From a virus, in IMG/VR virus record IMGVR_UViG_3300045988_051055, positions 1 through 40,772 of that record: a stretch of 40,772 nt of DNA; one strand, given 5' to 3'. Position 1 is the first letter of the stretch; each line of letters begins with the position of its first letter. Positions 17,783 through 26,401 of this stretch are shown here, piece by piece. The notes below the pieces were generated by a model. That model had not been told where the DNA came from, did no database searches, and saw only the letters and a program-made list of their open reading frames with translations. The translations under genes and the position numbers were made by a program.

Positions 17783-18004
17783 TCATCCCACCTCGTACTG
17801 CGGACAGGCCGTGACAATGTAGCTTGTTTCGTAATGCCTGCGAGCGCCGCCGCATGAATTCATCAAAACCTTTGTTCTGATCGCGTGCCACCCCTCGACC
17901 GGCTGCCACTTCAGCTTCCGCGTTTCCTTGTCGCATTCCGACCAGGGACATTTCCCGCAAGCGTATTTGCACGACCAGCAAAGCGTCGAACTTTGTTCTG
18001 CCAT
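17783..18004 (-). CDS. Small Cys-rich protein (73 aa)
   Basis: GGAGGAAG RBS. CWSCKYACGKCPWSEC cluster. Confidence 0.55.
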   Translation of the reverse strand: MAEQSSTLCWSCKYACGKCPWSECDKETRKLKWQPVEGWHAIRTKVLMNSCGGARRHYETSYIVTACPQYEVG

Positions 18005-18412
18005 TTATACTTCCTCCACCCAGATGCCGAATCGCTCCAGCATCAGCTTTTTCTTGATGATATAGTCCTTTGTCTTAAAGCCCTTTGCGTCCTCTACAAT
18101 CGTTTTCCCGTCGCGGGTATACACGAAGTCGGCTATGTATGTAACTGCCCTCACAGCGGCTCCTGTGGGCGCCCTCTGCGCCCCCACGAGCTTGTATGTC
18201 TGCTGCAGCTTCAAATCGTGTATTTCCCCCGCTTTCAGCAGCAGCCGCAGCTCATCATAGTGGTCTGCCTCGTGCTTGCTGTCAAACGTGATGCCATGCC
18301 GCACGGTTTTGCGGTTGTGGTACTTGCCCGTTTTCTGAGCAAGTACCTTTTCAACCACCTGTTTTTGTGCCGCAGGCCCAAGACGCGCAAGGTCAGATGC
18401 CGTCAGGCTCAT
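18005..18412 (-). CDS. DUF1064-family protein (putative nuclease/resolvase-like) (135 aa)
   Basis: KYHNRKTVRHGITFDSKHEADHYDELRLLLKAGEI..YIADFVY..VEDAKGFKT..Y.IKKKL matches the DUF1064 pattern as I recall it. Confidence 0.7.
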   Translation of the reverse strand: MSLTASDLARLGPAAQKQVVEKVLAQKTGKYHNRKTVRHGITFDSKHEADHYDELRLLLKAGEIHDLKLQQTYKLVGAQRAPTGAAVRAVTYIADFVYTRDGKTIVEDAKGFKTKDYIIKKKLMLERFGIWVEEV

Positions 18413-18537
18413 TTCTCCCTCCCGTCCGATACGAGGACCACGCGCACCTTGCCGAACTGCTCAAGCGCCATTGCCACGGCCTCCTTGGTCGCCAGCTTGT
18501 CGCCGTGTTCTTCGATGTCGATTATGATGCGGATCAT
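18409..18537 (-). CDS. Micro-ORF (42 aa) MIRIIIDIEEHGDKLATKEAVAMALEQFGKVRVVLVSDGREK
   Basis: Hand-translated. ATGA overlaps at both ends; GAGAGGAAGGA RBS. Confidence 0.4.
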   Translation of the reverse strand: MIRIIIDIEEHGDKLATKEAVAMALEQFGKVRVVLVSDGREK

Positions 18538-18833
18538 GCGCCGTCCTTCCTCTCGCCGTAGGAGCAGAAACCGTCCGGCGGCATCCTGTACTCTTCGTCG
18601 TACCGAGCCCGTCTATAACACCACCCAGCCTTAATGTTCTTTCCATCTATGCGTAGCGACGTCTTTCCGTAGTCCTTGAAGTGCTTACAGTCCTTGCATC
18701 GCGTCACGATCACGGCATCCACGGTGGGAGCAGCGGCCACGATGGGCAAAGCAATTTCGTCCCTATCTGCGTTGTCGTACCACGGCTCGTCTTCAAGCTT
18801 TTCCCATAAGGTATCACCATCAATCAGCCGCAT
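18534..18833 (-). CDS. Cys-rich protein, paralogue set member 3 (99 aa)
   Basis: ATG at 18833 follows GGAGGTGA. Sequence MRLIDGDTLWEKLE...APTVDAVIVTRCKDCKH...DGFCSYGERKDG. Confidence 0.6.
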   Translation of the reverse strand: MRLIDGDTLWEKLEDEPWYDNADRDEIALPIVAAAPTVDAVIVTRCKDCKHFKDYGKTSLRIDGKNIKAGWCYRRARYDEEYRMPPDGFCSYGERKDGA

Positions 18834-19140
18834 CGCTGTCACCTCCGTCCATCTTCGCGCCGCAGTTGGGGCAGTAATCCGACAACAATTCAAACCCATT
18901 TACAAGCACTTGCGCCGCATCGTGGCAAACAGAGCACTCGTGCCTGTCTGGTGAGGGAACAAAGTTTCCTGCTTCTTCCCACGAAATCCACCGCCCATGC
19001 ACCACGGGCGCAACGTCGGCAACGGGCGCAGAGCAAACCTTTTCCATAAAAGCACAGTTCGTAGCGCCGCAAAACGCTATCCCGCACGTTTCATAGCAAA
19101 TGCTGTCCAGCAACGCCTCCCGCTTAATGTATTCAGCCAT
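18820..19140 (-). CDS. Cys-rich zinc-ribbon protein, paralogue set member 2 (106 aa)
   Basis: ATG at 19140 follows GGAGGTG. Contains APVVHGRW and ends CPNCGAKMDGGDSDAAD. Confidence 0.6.
   Translation of the reverse strand: MAEYIKREALLDSICYETCGIAFCGATNCAFMEKVCSAPVADVAPVVHGRWISWEEAGNFVPSPDRHECSVCHDAAQVLVNGFELLSDYCPNCGAKMDGGDSDAAD
18841..18878. repeat. 38-nt direct repeat copy A at a gene junction
   Basis: acctccgtccatCttcgcGccgcagttggggcagtaa; 36/38 identical to 19148..19185. Confidence 0.9.
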
Positions 19141-19414
19141 TGTCCGCACCTCCGTCCATTTTCGCCCCGCAGTTGGGGCAGTAACCAAAATGGTTGATTA
19201 CCTGTGCGTAGTATTCCTTGCCGCAATTCGAGCATTTCGCAAAGCCCTGCCGCCAATTACCGTTCTCGTCAAAACACGGCTCGAAGCACCCATGCACCAC
19301 CGGCGCAGCATAGCCAGCCAACCGTGCCAATGCCCTTTCGCAGATCGGGCATAGGGACTCACGTTTATTTACTGCCGCAAACCACGACCCGCACGCTTTA
19401 CAATCAGGCATCAT
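19133..19414 (-). CDS. Cys-rich zinc-ribbon protein, paralogue set member 1 (93 aa)
   Basis: ATGATG at 19414. Begins MMPDCKACG, contains APVVHGCF and ends CPNCGAKMDGGADNG. Confidence 0.6.
   Translation of the reverse strand: MMPDCKACGSWFAAVNKRESLCPICERALARLAGYAAPVVHGCFEPCFDENGNWRQGFAKCSNCGKEYYAQVINHFGYCPNCGAKMDGGADNG
19148..19185. repeat. 38-nt direct repeat copy B at a gene junction
   Basis: acctccgtccatTttcgcCccgcagttggggcagtaa. Encodes CPNCGAKMDGG plus the RBS of the next gene. Confidence 0.9.
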
Positions 19415-19691
19415 TCTCCATCCTTTCCCGCAGCCGCTGGACCTTGTGTGCCCGCTGCTCCGCCACCGCGTCCTCGACCTCAAACTCGATCGCCATCTGG
19501 TCGAGCATGATCCCGACGTCGGCGATCTCCTCGGCAATGTTGGCAAGCGTGTCGCCGTCCACGCGCCCGCGCAGAAACTTGCACAGCACGTCCTGCAGCT
19601 CGGCCATCTCCTCAAAGGCCATCGTGATCTGCGCCTGCGCACCGTAGCGGCTGAGCGCCGTGCAGAAGGTTCTGCGTTCCATGTCAGTCAT
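19404..19691 (-). CDS. MazG-like nucleotide pyrophosphohydrolase (95 aa)
   Basis: AFEEMAELQDVLCKFLRGR...IAEEIADVGIMLDQM shows the EExxE/D-type helical MazG motifs. GGAGGCG RBS. Confidence 0.7.
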   Translation of the reverse strand: MTDMERRTFCTALSRYGAQAQITMAFEEMAELQDVLCKFLRGRVDGDTLANIAEEIADVGIMLDQMAIEFEVEDAVAEQRAHKVQRLRERMENDA

Positions 19692-20217
19692 CTTTCATCG
19701 CCTCCAATGCTTTCTCCGCCTCCTCGCGGGTGAGGAATACGGAGTGCCCAACACGATCCAAATCGCATAAAGTAAAGATACCCCTCTTAATTTCCGGTTC
19801 GCTTTCATCTGGGTAAACCGCAATCGGATAGTGGATATAATATGTCGCGGTTCCAACCTCGCACGGCAGCACCACCAGCCGACCGTCCTTGTCTGCCTCG
19901 GCCAGCTCGCGCAGGCGGACATCGTCATCTGTCTGCGCGAGCAACTTGTCGAGCCGTTCGATGATGCTGTCAGCGTGTTTGTTGATGGCGTATTCTGCTT
20001 CTGGCGATATTTCCCGCACACTCGCCAAATCGTTAATTTCTTCCGGCGTCAGCCCCGTGTCCTCGTAGGCGGCGAGGCGGCTCCACGCCGCTTCTTCCCA
20101 CTTGCAATTCATGGCGCAGTTCCCGCCAACTTCGAGGCATTCGGGGCCGCGAAAATGTGTGCAGCAGATACCGTTTTCGTGCGATGTTTGCTTGCTATGT
20201 TTTGTCAGGCGTTGCAT
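19684..20217 (-). CDS. Hypothetical Cys-rich protein (177 aa)
   Basis: ATG at 20217 follows AGGAGGTGGAG, with TGATG coupling. Confidence 0.55.
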   Translation of the reverse strand: MQRLTKHSKQTSHENGICCTHFRGPECLEVGGNCAMNCKWEEAAWSRLAAYEDTGLTPEEINDLASVREISPEAEYAINKHADSIIERLDKLLAQTDDDVRLRELAEADKDGRLVVLPCEVGTATYYIHYPIAVYPDESEPEIKRGIFTLCDLDRVGHSVFLTREEAEKALEAMKDD

Positions 20218-20564
20218 CACTCCACCTCCTGCATCCAAAACTCGCGGCGGCAAATATCACAGCCTCTTCCAGTCGGGCAATGCCCGCGTAACGTTGTATC
20301 AACAAGGCATGGGTCTAAAGCAACGTTATGTGTGTTCGTATATATTGGCGCATTTGGAAACTGCTCCAGAAACACGCTCTGCCGCGTCTTGCGCGGGTGC
20401 GCAGCAGACCAGTCCTCGACGATGGTCACAATGTTGTCATCATCAACCATTCCTTCCAATGCACTACACTCGCAGTCTTTTGCGGGGCATTGATAGCAGT
20501 CCCCGGCATGGTGGTAAAAGCGGCACATTCGGTCGCGTTCTTTGATAAACTTCACAGCGTCCAT
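20217..20564 (-). CDS. Hypothetical Cys-rich protein (115 aa)
   Basis: ATG at 20564 lies 7 nt after GGAGGG, with TGATG coupling to the upstream gene. Confidence 0.55.
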   Translation of the reverse strand: MDAVKFIKERDRMCRFYHHAGDCYQCPAKDCECSALEGMVDDDNIVTIVEDWSAAHPRKTRQSVFLEQFPNAPIYTNTHNVALDPCLVDTTLRGHCPTGRGCDICRREFWMQEVE

Positions 20565-20797
20565 CACATATCCCTCCATTTACACCCATCACAGGCGCCC
20601 CCGTGGGCCAGCGTGTAGTTTCCGCACTTTAGGCACAGTTCGTTCCGCAGTGCGTCAATTTCTTTCGTCTGCGCCTCGATCCGGTCAGCGGCTTCCGCCA
20701 GGTCTTTTTCCAGTCCTCCCAGCGGCTCCATCATGTCCCCATTTTCCCACCAATCCGCGTGCTCACGCAGCGCATTTACGAGGTTTTGATCTCTCAT
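20564..20797 (-). CDS. Hypothetical protein (77 aa)
   Basis: ATG at 20797 follows GGGGGAGGAA, with an ATGA overlap with the methylase stop. Confidence 0.5.
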   Translation of the reverse strand: MRDQNLVNALREHADWWENGDMMEPLGGLEKDLAEAADRIEAQTKEIDALRNELCLKCGNYTLAHGGACDGCKWRDM

Positions 20798-22050
20798 AAT
20801 TCCTCCCCCAATCTCCAATCATCGTCCCGCACCTGAAACGCATCACCCAGCTGGATGGTCTCTTGGAAATTGTGCTGTGTGGTCTGTACGGCGTACTTGT
20901 CGATTTCCGTCGCGTAGTAGGCGGTGATCTTCGCGCCCAGCTTGTCCAGCGCGATATGGCCGCAGCTCATACCGTCGTACATGGAGAGCACTTCAACCGG
21001 CTCCTCCGTCAGCCCCTCAAAGTGGCTCATGATATGCGCGATCACGTCCACCGTCCAGCCGTTGCCCAGCATTTTGTAGGCTTGGCTGTCGCTCACCGGG
21101 AAAACATACTCCTCCGGCACGGTTTGGAGGCGCATACACTCACGGACCGTCAGCTTGCGGATGATGTAGCAGCCGTCCCGCAGTTTGATGGGGTACTCCT
21201 TGCCCTTGATGGTGATACGCCCATCCCGCACCTGATAAATCGGCTTGTCCAGCGTCCCGCAGTATTCGTACATTTCGCAGGATGTCGTCAGGCAGTTGCT
21301 TTTCTCCCGCATGGCGCGGCCCCGTCTGGGCTTGCTCTGCGGCATCGCCATGTCCACGCGCTCCCCCGGGTAAATATCCACATACCCCTGCTTCGTCGCC
21401 TCCCGTACTCGCATGGGAGGAGCGGCTGGCGTTGCATATAGGCCCGTCTTGGCTCCCAGCTCCCCGCCGTTGCCGCAGAGGGTCACACTCTTATCGTCCG
21501 GTGAATAAACACGGTATTGCTGGCTGTCATAGCTCTGGTCCTTGGCGTCGTTCTCAATGGTGTCAATCCTCACCGGCTCTGCCGCCATGAGACGCGAATA
21601 ACTATGTTGCTTCTTGGGATTGTAAACGCCTGCCGATTTATAGTAATGCGCGTCCAGCGTATAGGACTTTTCCCTCCATGCACCGCCCGTCTCCAGAATA
21701 TCCCGCAGCAGGATACCCTTGTCCTCCGGCTGTTCCACACGGACTTGGCTGTATGTGCCGTCCGGGTTCCGTCTTCCCACCCAATACAGGCGCTGGCGGT
21801 TTTGTGCGCTTACCAGCGCGGAGTTGATAAGCACGGGTTCCACGCCCAGCTCCGCCGTGATCTGCGTCCGGATATCGGGCGACATGGATTTGTTGTTCTC
21901 GTAGAGAAAATAGTCCGGTTTGTATTTGTCGCGGGCAATGCGGTAGTTTAGAAATAGCTCCCAGCCGATGCCGCTGGCCTCGGTCTCGCGGTTCTTGGTC
22001 TGCGCGATACTCCAGCGCGTGCAGGGCGAACCGCCGATCAAAAGTTTCAT
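20794..22050 (-). CDS. DNA (cytosine-5) methyltransferase with circularly permuted motif order (418 aa)
   Basis: N-terminus MKLLIGGSPCTRWS (motif IV), YENN (VI), QNRQRLYW (VIII), RKLTVRECMRLQTVPEEY (IX), YKMLGNGWTVDV (X), then C-terminal VLSMYDGMSCGHIAL (I), YYATEID (II), IQLGD (III). AGGAGGAAAGT RBS, with an in-frame TAG just upstream of the ATG. Confidence 0.9.
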   Translation of the reverse strand: MKLLIGGSPCTRWSIAQTKNRETEASGIGWELFLNYRIARDKYKPDYFLYENNKSMSPDIRTQITAELGVEPVLINSALVSAQNRQRLYWVGRRNPDGTYSQVRVEQPEDKGILLRDILETGGAWREKSYTLDAHYYKSAGVYNPKKQHSYSRLMAAEPVRIDTIENDAKDQSYDSQQYRVYSPDDKSVTLCGNGGELGAKTGLYATPAAPPMRVREATKQGYVDIYPGERVDMAMPQSKPRRGRAMREKSNCLTTSCEMYEYCGTLDKPIYQVRDGRITIKGKEYPIKLRDGCYIIRKLTVRECMRLQTVPEEYVFPVSDSQAYKMLGNGWTVDVIAHIMSHFEGLTEEPVEVLSMYDGMSCGHIALDKLGAKITAYYATEIDKYAVQTTQHNFQETIQLGDAFQVRDDDWRLGEEL

Positions 22051-22074
22051 ACTTTCCTCCTAACGGGTATTCTT

Positions 22075-22800
22075 TCATTTCAGCCGGTAGTTTTTGGATC
22101 CGGTAATATTCAGCACGCAGCCTTTCGACCGCTCCGCAATGCGCGAGCCTATCGCCTCGTCCCAGTCCAGCACGCGCGAGATCGTCCACTCGGAGCTGAT
22201 GATTGTCAAAAGGCTTGGCTTGATATACCGCGCATTGAGCAGATCAAACGCAATGTTGCGATCGGCCTCTGTCGCCGTCCCCTTGAGAAAATCGTCGATG
22301 TACAGCACCTTGACGCTTTTCAGCGGGTCGATAGCATCTTGATATGCCTCAGCATCGTTGACCTTTGCTTTGATGGCCGGAATATCCGCCCGCCATTGCA
22401 CATAGCGTACCGGTAATCCGGCATCCATAAGCTTCCCGCACATCGCCGTGCAAAGATGCGTTTTCCCGCTTCCGGGGCTTCCTCCGGCGTAAAACCATCT
22501 TCCGCGCCAATCGGCAAGATAGCGTTCCGCTGCCTCTTTGGCCTGCTTCTGCCACGGCTCAGTCGCGCGGTAGTTCTCCATCGTGCATCTCTGCAAAAGC
22601 TCTTTAAGCCCGCTTCTTTCGATGCGTTGCAGATTCCTTTTGCGGATGGCGCATTCGCATTCCCGGTACTCCGCGTTTCCGTCTGCCGACCTCCGCACGG
22701 TGTATCCAACGCCGCCGCAGAGCGGACACTCGTTAGAGATTGACGGCTCCGGGGACGTTCCATTTTTTCGCATCTCTTCCAGTATCGTGACAATGTCCAT
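22075..22800 (-). CDS. DnaC/IstB-like AAA+ helicase loader (241 aa)
   Basis: N-terminal CPLCGG..C.C zinc motif. Walker A GGSPGSGKTHL, Walker B VLYIDDF. Confidence 0.85.
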   Translation of the reverse strand: MDIVTILEEMRKNGTSPEPSISNECPLCGGVGYTVRRSADGNAEYRECECAIRKRNLQRIERSGLKELLQRCTMENYRATEPWQKQAKEAAERYLADWRGRWFYAGGSPGSGKTHLCTAMCGKLMDAGLPVRYVQWRADIPAIKAKVNDAEAYQDAIDPLKSVKVLYIDDFLKGTATEADRNIAFDLLNARYIKPSLLTIISSEWTISRVLDWDEAIGSRIAERSKGCVLNITGSKNYRLK

Positions 22801-23320
22801 TCATCGCGCCCCCTTTCTTCTCCAGCTCGCGCTTTTCCCATAGCTGGAATTTCTGCTGCCAGTTGTAGACCGGCTTTCCCTCGGTATCCCTCCAACCGGC
22901 GACGGAGTAAAACTCGTAGAACGGCTTGGGGTCAATCAGCCCTCCGCGCAGCTTGGCATATTCGGCAACCTCGCCAAACGTGGGAGCCTTTCGTGAGAGA
23001 GATATAGAGAGAGAACTATCGTTCTCTTTCTCTCCCTCTTTCTCCCCCTCTTTCTCCTTGCCGGTTTGTTCCGATTTGTTTCCACTTTGTTCTTTTTTTG
23101 TTTTCGTTTTATTCTGTCGATTCGCTGCTTTGTTTCGACCACTGTCCAACGTTGGACGAATCAAAGTGAAAACAGCGCATGGAACTCCAGAAAGACATGG
23201 CTCGCTTTCATCAAGCGCATAATCGCAGATTGCCAGCACAACGGCCTTGAAATCTTTTGCGCTGAGCGCTCGCAGCGCGTCCCTGTAACTTCGGTAAAAA
23301 GTGAATTGATTACGCTCCAT
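22733..23320 (-). CDS. Replisome organizer / DnaD-like replication protein (195 aa)
   Basis: ATG at 23320 follows AAGGAG. Begins MERNQFTFYRSYRDAL, has a KEKEGEKEGEKEN linker and lies upstream of the loader. Confidence 0.6.
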   Translation of the reverse strand: MERNQFTFYRSYRDALRALSAKDFKAVVLAICDYALDESEPCLSGVPCAVFTLIRPTLDSGRNKAANRQNKTKTKKEQSGNKSEQTGKEKEGEKEGEKENDSSLSISLSRKAPTFGEVAEYAKLRGGLIDPKPFYEFYSVAGWRDTEGKPVYNWQQKFQLWEKRELEKKGGAMNGHCHDTGRDAKKWNVPGAVNL

Positions 23321-23324
23321 CGCT

Positions 23325-23471
23325 TTACTCCTTCGGCTTTGCCAGCAGGGAAACCGTCGCACCGTATCGCGTCATGACTTCTGCGATATCAGTCGCGTCA
23401 CTCTCGGACACTTCTTGCAAGACAATAATCGCCCTTTCGCGCGGCGAATCGATATGCACCTCGTATCTCAT
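23325..23471 (-). CDS. Micro-ORF (48 aa) MRYEVHIDSPRERAIIVLQEVSESDATDIAEVMTRYGATVSLLAKPKE
   Basis: Hand-translated. ATG at 23471 follows GGAGGTG. Confidence 0.4.
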   Translation of the reverse strand: MRYEVHIDSPRERAIIVLQEVSESDATDIAEVMTRYGATVSLLAKPKE

Positions 23472-23483
23472 GCCGCACCTCCA

Positions 23484-23882
23484 TCAAAACGGAAGCTCCC
23501 CGTCGTCCTCGACCTCGCTAAACTCGCCCGGGCTGCTTGATGCGGGACTGTATGTGGCGGGTCCCTCCTGCGGCTTGCTGTCGGCAAAGTACACGCTATT
23601 GGCGATGATCTCGACCGCGCGGCGCTTATTGCCGTCCTTGTCGGTCCAGTCTCGCGCCTGCAAGCGACCGTCTACCACTACCTTGCGCCCCTTGGCGCAG
23701 TATTGCGCGGCAAACTCCGCCGTGCGCTCCCACGCGACCACATCAAACCAGTCCGTTCCGGCATCCTTACCGTCGCGGTCGACGGCGATGGGAAAACTGG
23801 TGACCGCCTTGCCGCTCTGCGTGCGGCGCAGCTCAAGGTCCTTTCCAATGCGTCCCATGACGCTGATCCTGTTCAAGCTCAT
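23484..23882 (-). CDS. ssb: Single-stranded DNA-binding protein (132 aa)
   Basis: MSLNRISVMGRIGKDLELRRTQSGKAVTSF OB-fold start and an acidic DDGELPF tail. AGGGAGGAA RBS. Confidence 0.9.
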   Translation of the reverse strand: MSLNRISVMGRIGKDLELRRTQSGKAVTSFPIAVDRDGKDAGTDWFDVVAWERTAEFAAQYCAKGRKVVVDGRLQARDWTDKDGNKRRAVEIIANSVYFADSKPQEGPATYSPASSSPGEFSEVEDDGELPF

Positions 23883-23963
23883 TTCAATTCCTCCCTGTTT
23901 TTTCTGTAAACCATGTCTTCCCGTGTCCAACCCTTCAGCGCGTCAGGGTGCTTTGGCAGGTTG

Positions 23964-24659
23964 CTATAAACTTGTACCCAAGGTATCATGGGCGGCCTCC
24001 TCATCTTGGTGTTGGTGCAGATAGAACACACGGCTCTTACCGATGGCGGCGTTTTGGGCGAGCCATGCGCGCGCCTGCTCGCGGGATAGATGGCTCTCCA
24101 TCGCGCGACTCTCATAGCTGAACTCTCCCGCCGCCAGCTTGCGCTTCATGCGCTCCTGTATCTCCTCTTCGCCGTAGTTTGCTTCGATCAGATAAAGTTC
24201 GTAGTCCTGCGCCACAATGCCGTCCAGCGAGGCGCAGTCCGTCGCATAGAACACGCGCTCGCCGTTTGCAAATTCGATATGCCACGCACAATTCGGAACA
24301 TCGTGAGGAATGGAATTGTAGGACACACAGACGGGGTAGAGAAGGGAACAGGAGTAGAACAGCACATGGCCTGCCATGCCCTCGTCGGTCACGCGGCGGT
24401 CCACGCCGATGCGTCCCATCGGTTCCATGAGCCACGGAGGGACGCACCAGCGCAGCGCAGGGCGCAGGAAGTGCAGGCGCTTAATGGTCTCGGGGTTGAA
24501 GTGGTCGCCGTGAACGTGCGTCAGCAGGACGAGCCTCAATCCCTTGCAGTATGGTTCGAGTTCCCGAAAGGGAACGCCGCAGTCAATGAGGATTTCATCA
24601 TTCAGCAGTACGGCGTTCCCCTTGGAGCCGGTCGAAATGACCTTGACCTTACAGATCAT
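23964..24659 (-). CDS. MBL-fold metallo-hydrolase (231 aa)
   Basis: LLTHVHGDH motif. Common partner of SSAP/SSB modules in phages. Confidence 0.8.
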   Translation of the reverse strand: MICKVKVISTGSKGNAVLLNDEILIDCGVPFRELEPYCKGLRLVLLTHVHGDHFNPETIKRLHFLRPALRWCVPPWLMEPMGRIGVDRRVTDEGMAGHVLFYSCSLLYPVCVSYNSIPHDVPNCAWHIEFANGERVFYATDCASLDGIVAQDYELYLIEANYGEEEIQERMKRKLAAGEFSYESRAMESHLSREQARAWLAQNAAIGKSRVFYLHQHQDEEAAHDTLGTSL

Positions 24660-25536
24660 TCATGCTCACCTGCTTGGGGGTGCCGGTCTTTCCGTCGTCC
24701 GGCGTACCGAGGGCATCAGCGGGAGCGGGCAGCTCGCCCTTGACCTCGCCTGTGGTCTCGTCCACTTCGACGGTCGGGAGATCAAAATACTGCTCGCGGC
24801 TCGCGCGTCCCTCTTTCAGTGAGGTATACACATTACGCAGGCGCACGATGCTCTGCGCCGTGAACGCTTCGGCCTTGCAACCGATGTACTTTTCAAGGCA
24901 CTCCATTGGTACGCCGAAGTCGTCCTTGAACGCCTGTCCCATCTTGCGTACGCGGTCGATCATGGGTTCATCGCTCTTTCCCATCATCGTCTTGGTACAC
25001 GCCGCAAGAGCGGCGTCTACCACGTCGCCGGGGATAATGCCAAGAATGCACGCGCGCATACGGCGCGCGCCCTGATTGGCGACCATTTCATAGATGTCGC
25101 GCGGGTCGGTGAGGGCAACGCTTCCTTTCTTGGTGTAGCGGATATGCGGCACGGTGAAAATCTTCGTCTGGCGGGTGTTGGTCTCCAAATCCCAGCAGTA
25201 GGCCATGACGGTACTCTCGCCGTTCTTCTGCTCCAGCTCGGTAATGCCGAAGTCGAGGTTGCCCCAGTTCTGCGCCATGACCTCGGCGAGACGGATCGAG
25301 GGGCCGGTCACGTTCTCGCCGCCGCGCGGGTATTCATAGATCGCGCGCTCGGCAAGGCTCTTGCGCTTGCAGGCGTTGAGAATGCGGTTGTTCGCTTCAA
25401 TCTCGTCACGGGGAAAACGCTTGGCGACGACCATTGCCGCCTGTACCTCCTGCGCCTGACGGGAAATCATCATTTCGGTGTTCACGCTCTTGGCGCTCAC
25501 AACTTCGGTGCTGTTGTAGGTCTGCATTTCGTTCAT
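24649..25536 (-). CDS. Single-strand annealing recombinase (RecT/Redbeta-superfamily-like) (295 aa)
   Basis: ATG at 25536 follows AAGGAGGA. YEYPRGGENVTGPSIRLAEVMAQNWGN motif. Flanked by DUF1351-like, MBL and SSB genes. Confidence 0.7.
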   Translation of the reverse strand: MNEMQTYNSTEVVSAKSVNTEMMISRQAQEVQAAMVVAKRFPRDEIEANNRILNACKRKSLAERAIYEYPRGGENVTGPSIRLAEVMAQNWGNLDFGITELEQKNGESTVMAYCWDLETNTRQTKIFTVPHIRYTKKGSVALTDPRDIYEMVANQGARRMRACILGIIPGDVVDAALAACTKTMMGKSDEPMIDRVRKMGQAFKDDFGVPMECLEKYIGCKAEAFTAQSIVRLRNVYTSLKEGRASREQYFDLPTVEVDETTGEVKGELPAPADALGTPDDGKTGTPKQVSMNDL

Positions 25537-25558
25537 GGTAATATCCTCCTTAAAATAA

Positions 25559-26401
25559 TCATTCGTACTGATAGCCATTGCTGACAAGGAATTGCTTCAA
25601 AAGGCGCAGGCGCTCGCGCGTATCGGTCACGCGGAACGACACCGTGAGGCGTTCGACCGCCGCCTGCTCCACGCGCTTCGGGACGATCTGCGGGGCCGCT
25701 GCGCCGGTATCCTCGCGGGCGGGTACTCCGGCAGAGCGGGCTTCTTCCATTTCTGTGCGGCGCTTCGCGGCCTTGCGCTCCTCCTCGGCGCGGCGGTGGC
25801 GCTCGTTGACAACGGAGATCGCAAGCGAGAGGTCGAGGTTCTTTTTGTACTCCACCATGATCTCCGGCGCGTTCTCGCCCATCGTGCCGATGGTTTTCAT
25901 GTCCTGCGCCACGCCGTCCACCTTTAGCTTGATCTGCTCCATGAGCTTCTTCGGCGTCTTGGCTCTGGCGCTCGCCATATCGACCTTAACGCCGGTCTGC
26001 CCGAACGAAAGGAAGTCGATCTCGTTGACCGCGCACAGCTCCTGAAAATAGCACAGCAGCATTTCCTCGCAACGGCTCTTGATCTCGCTTTCCGTCGCGT
26101 CGATCTTGGCTTTCAGGTCTGCGTCGGCGCGCTTGTACGGGTCGGCGATGCACTCACGGTAGACGGCTTCGAAGCTGTCGTACTTCTCCATGATCGCGGC
26201 TTTAATGGCCTTGCGCTGGGTCTCGGCGTCGGCAAACTCGCGGTTCATTTCGGCGCGAATGTTCTTCACGCTGGTTAAGGTCTCGTCGGTGCAGACAAGG
26301 CTCATTGCCTCTGCGACGCGCTGCTCCGTCTGCTCCTTCCGGCTCCTCAAATGCTCCTCGATCACGGGGAGCTGCGTCACTTTCATCAGGGTGTTATCCA
26401 T
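25559..26401 (-). CDS. DUF1351-like recombination-module protein (280 aa)
   Basis: ATG at 26401 follows GGAGGAGA. Coiled-coil protein directly upstream of the SSAP, the usual DUF1351 context. Confidence 0.6.
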   Translation of the reverse strand: MDNTLMKVTQLPVIEEHLRSRKEQTEQRVAEAMSLVCTDETLTSVKNIRAEMNREFADAETQRKAIKAAIMEKYDSFEAVYRECIADPYKRADADLKAKIDATESEIKSRCEEMLLCYFQELCAVNEIDFLSFGQTGVKVDMASARAKTPKKLMEQIKLKVDGVAQDMKTIGTMGENAPEIMVEYKKNLDLSLAISVVNERHRRAEEERKAAKRRTEMEEARSAGVPAREDTGAAAPQIVPKRVEQAAVERLTVSFRVTDTRERLRLLKQFLVSNGYQYE

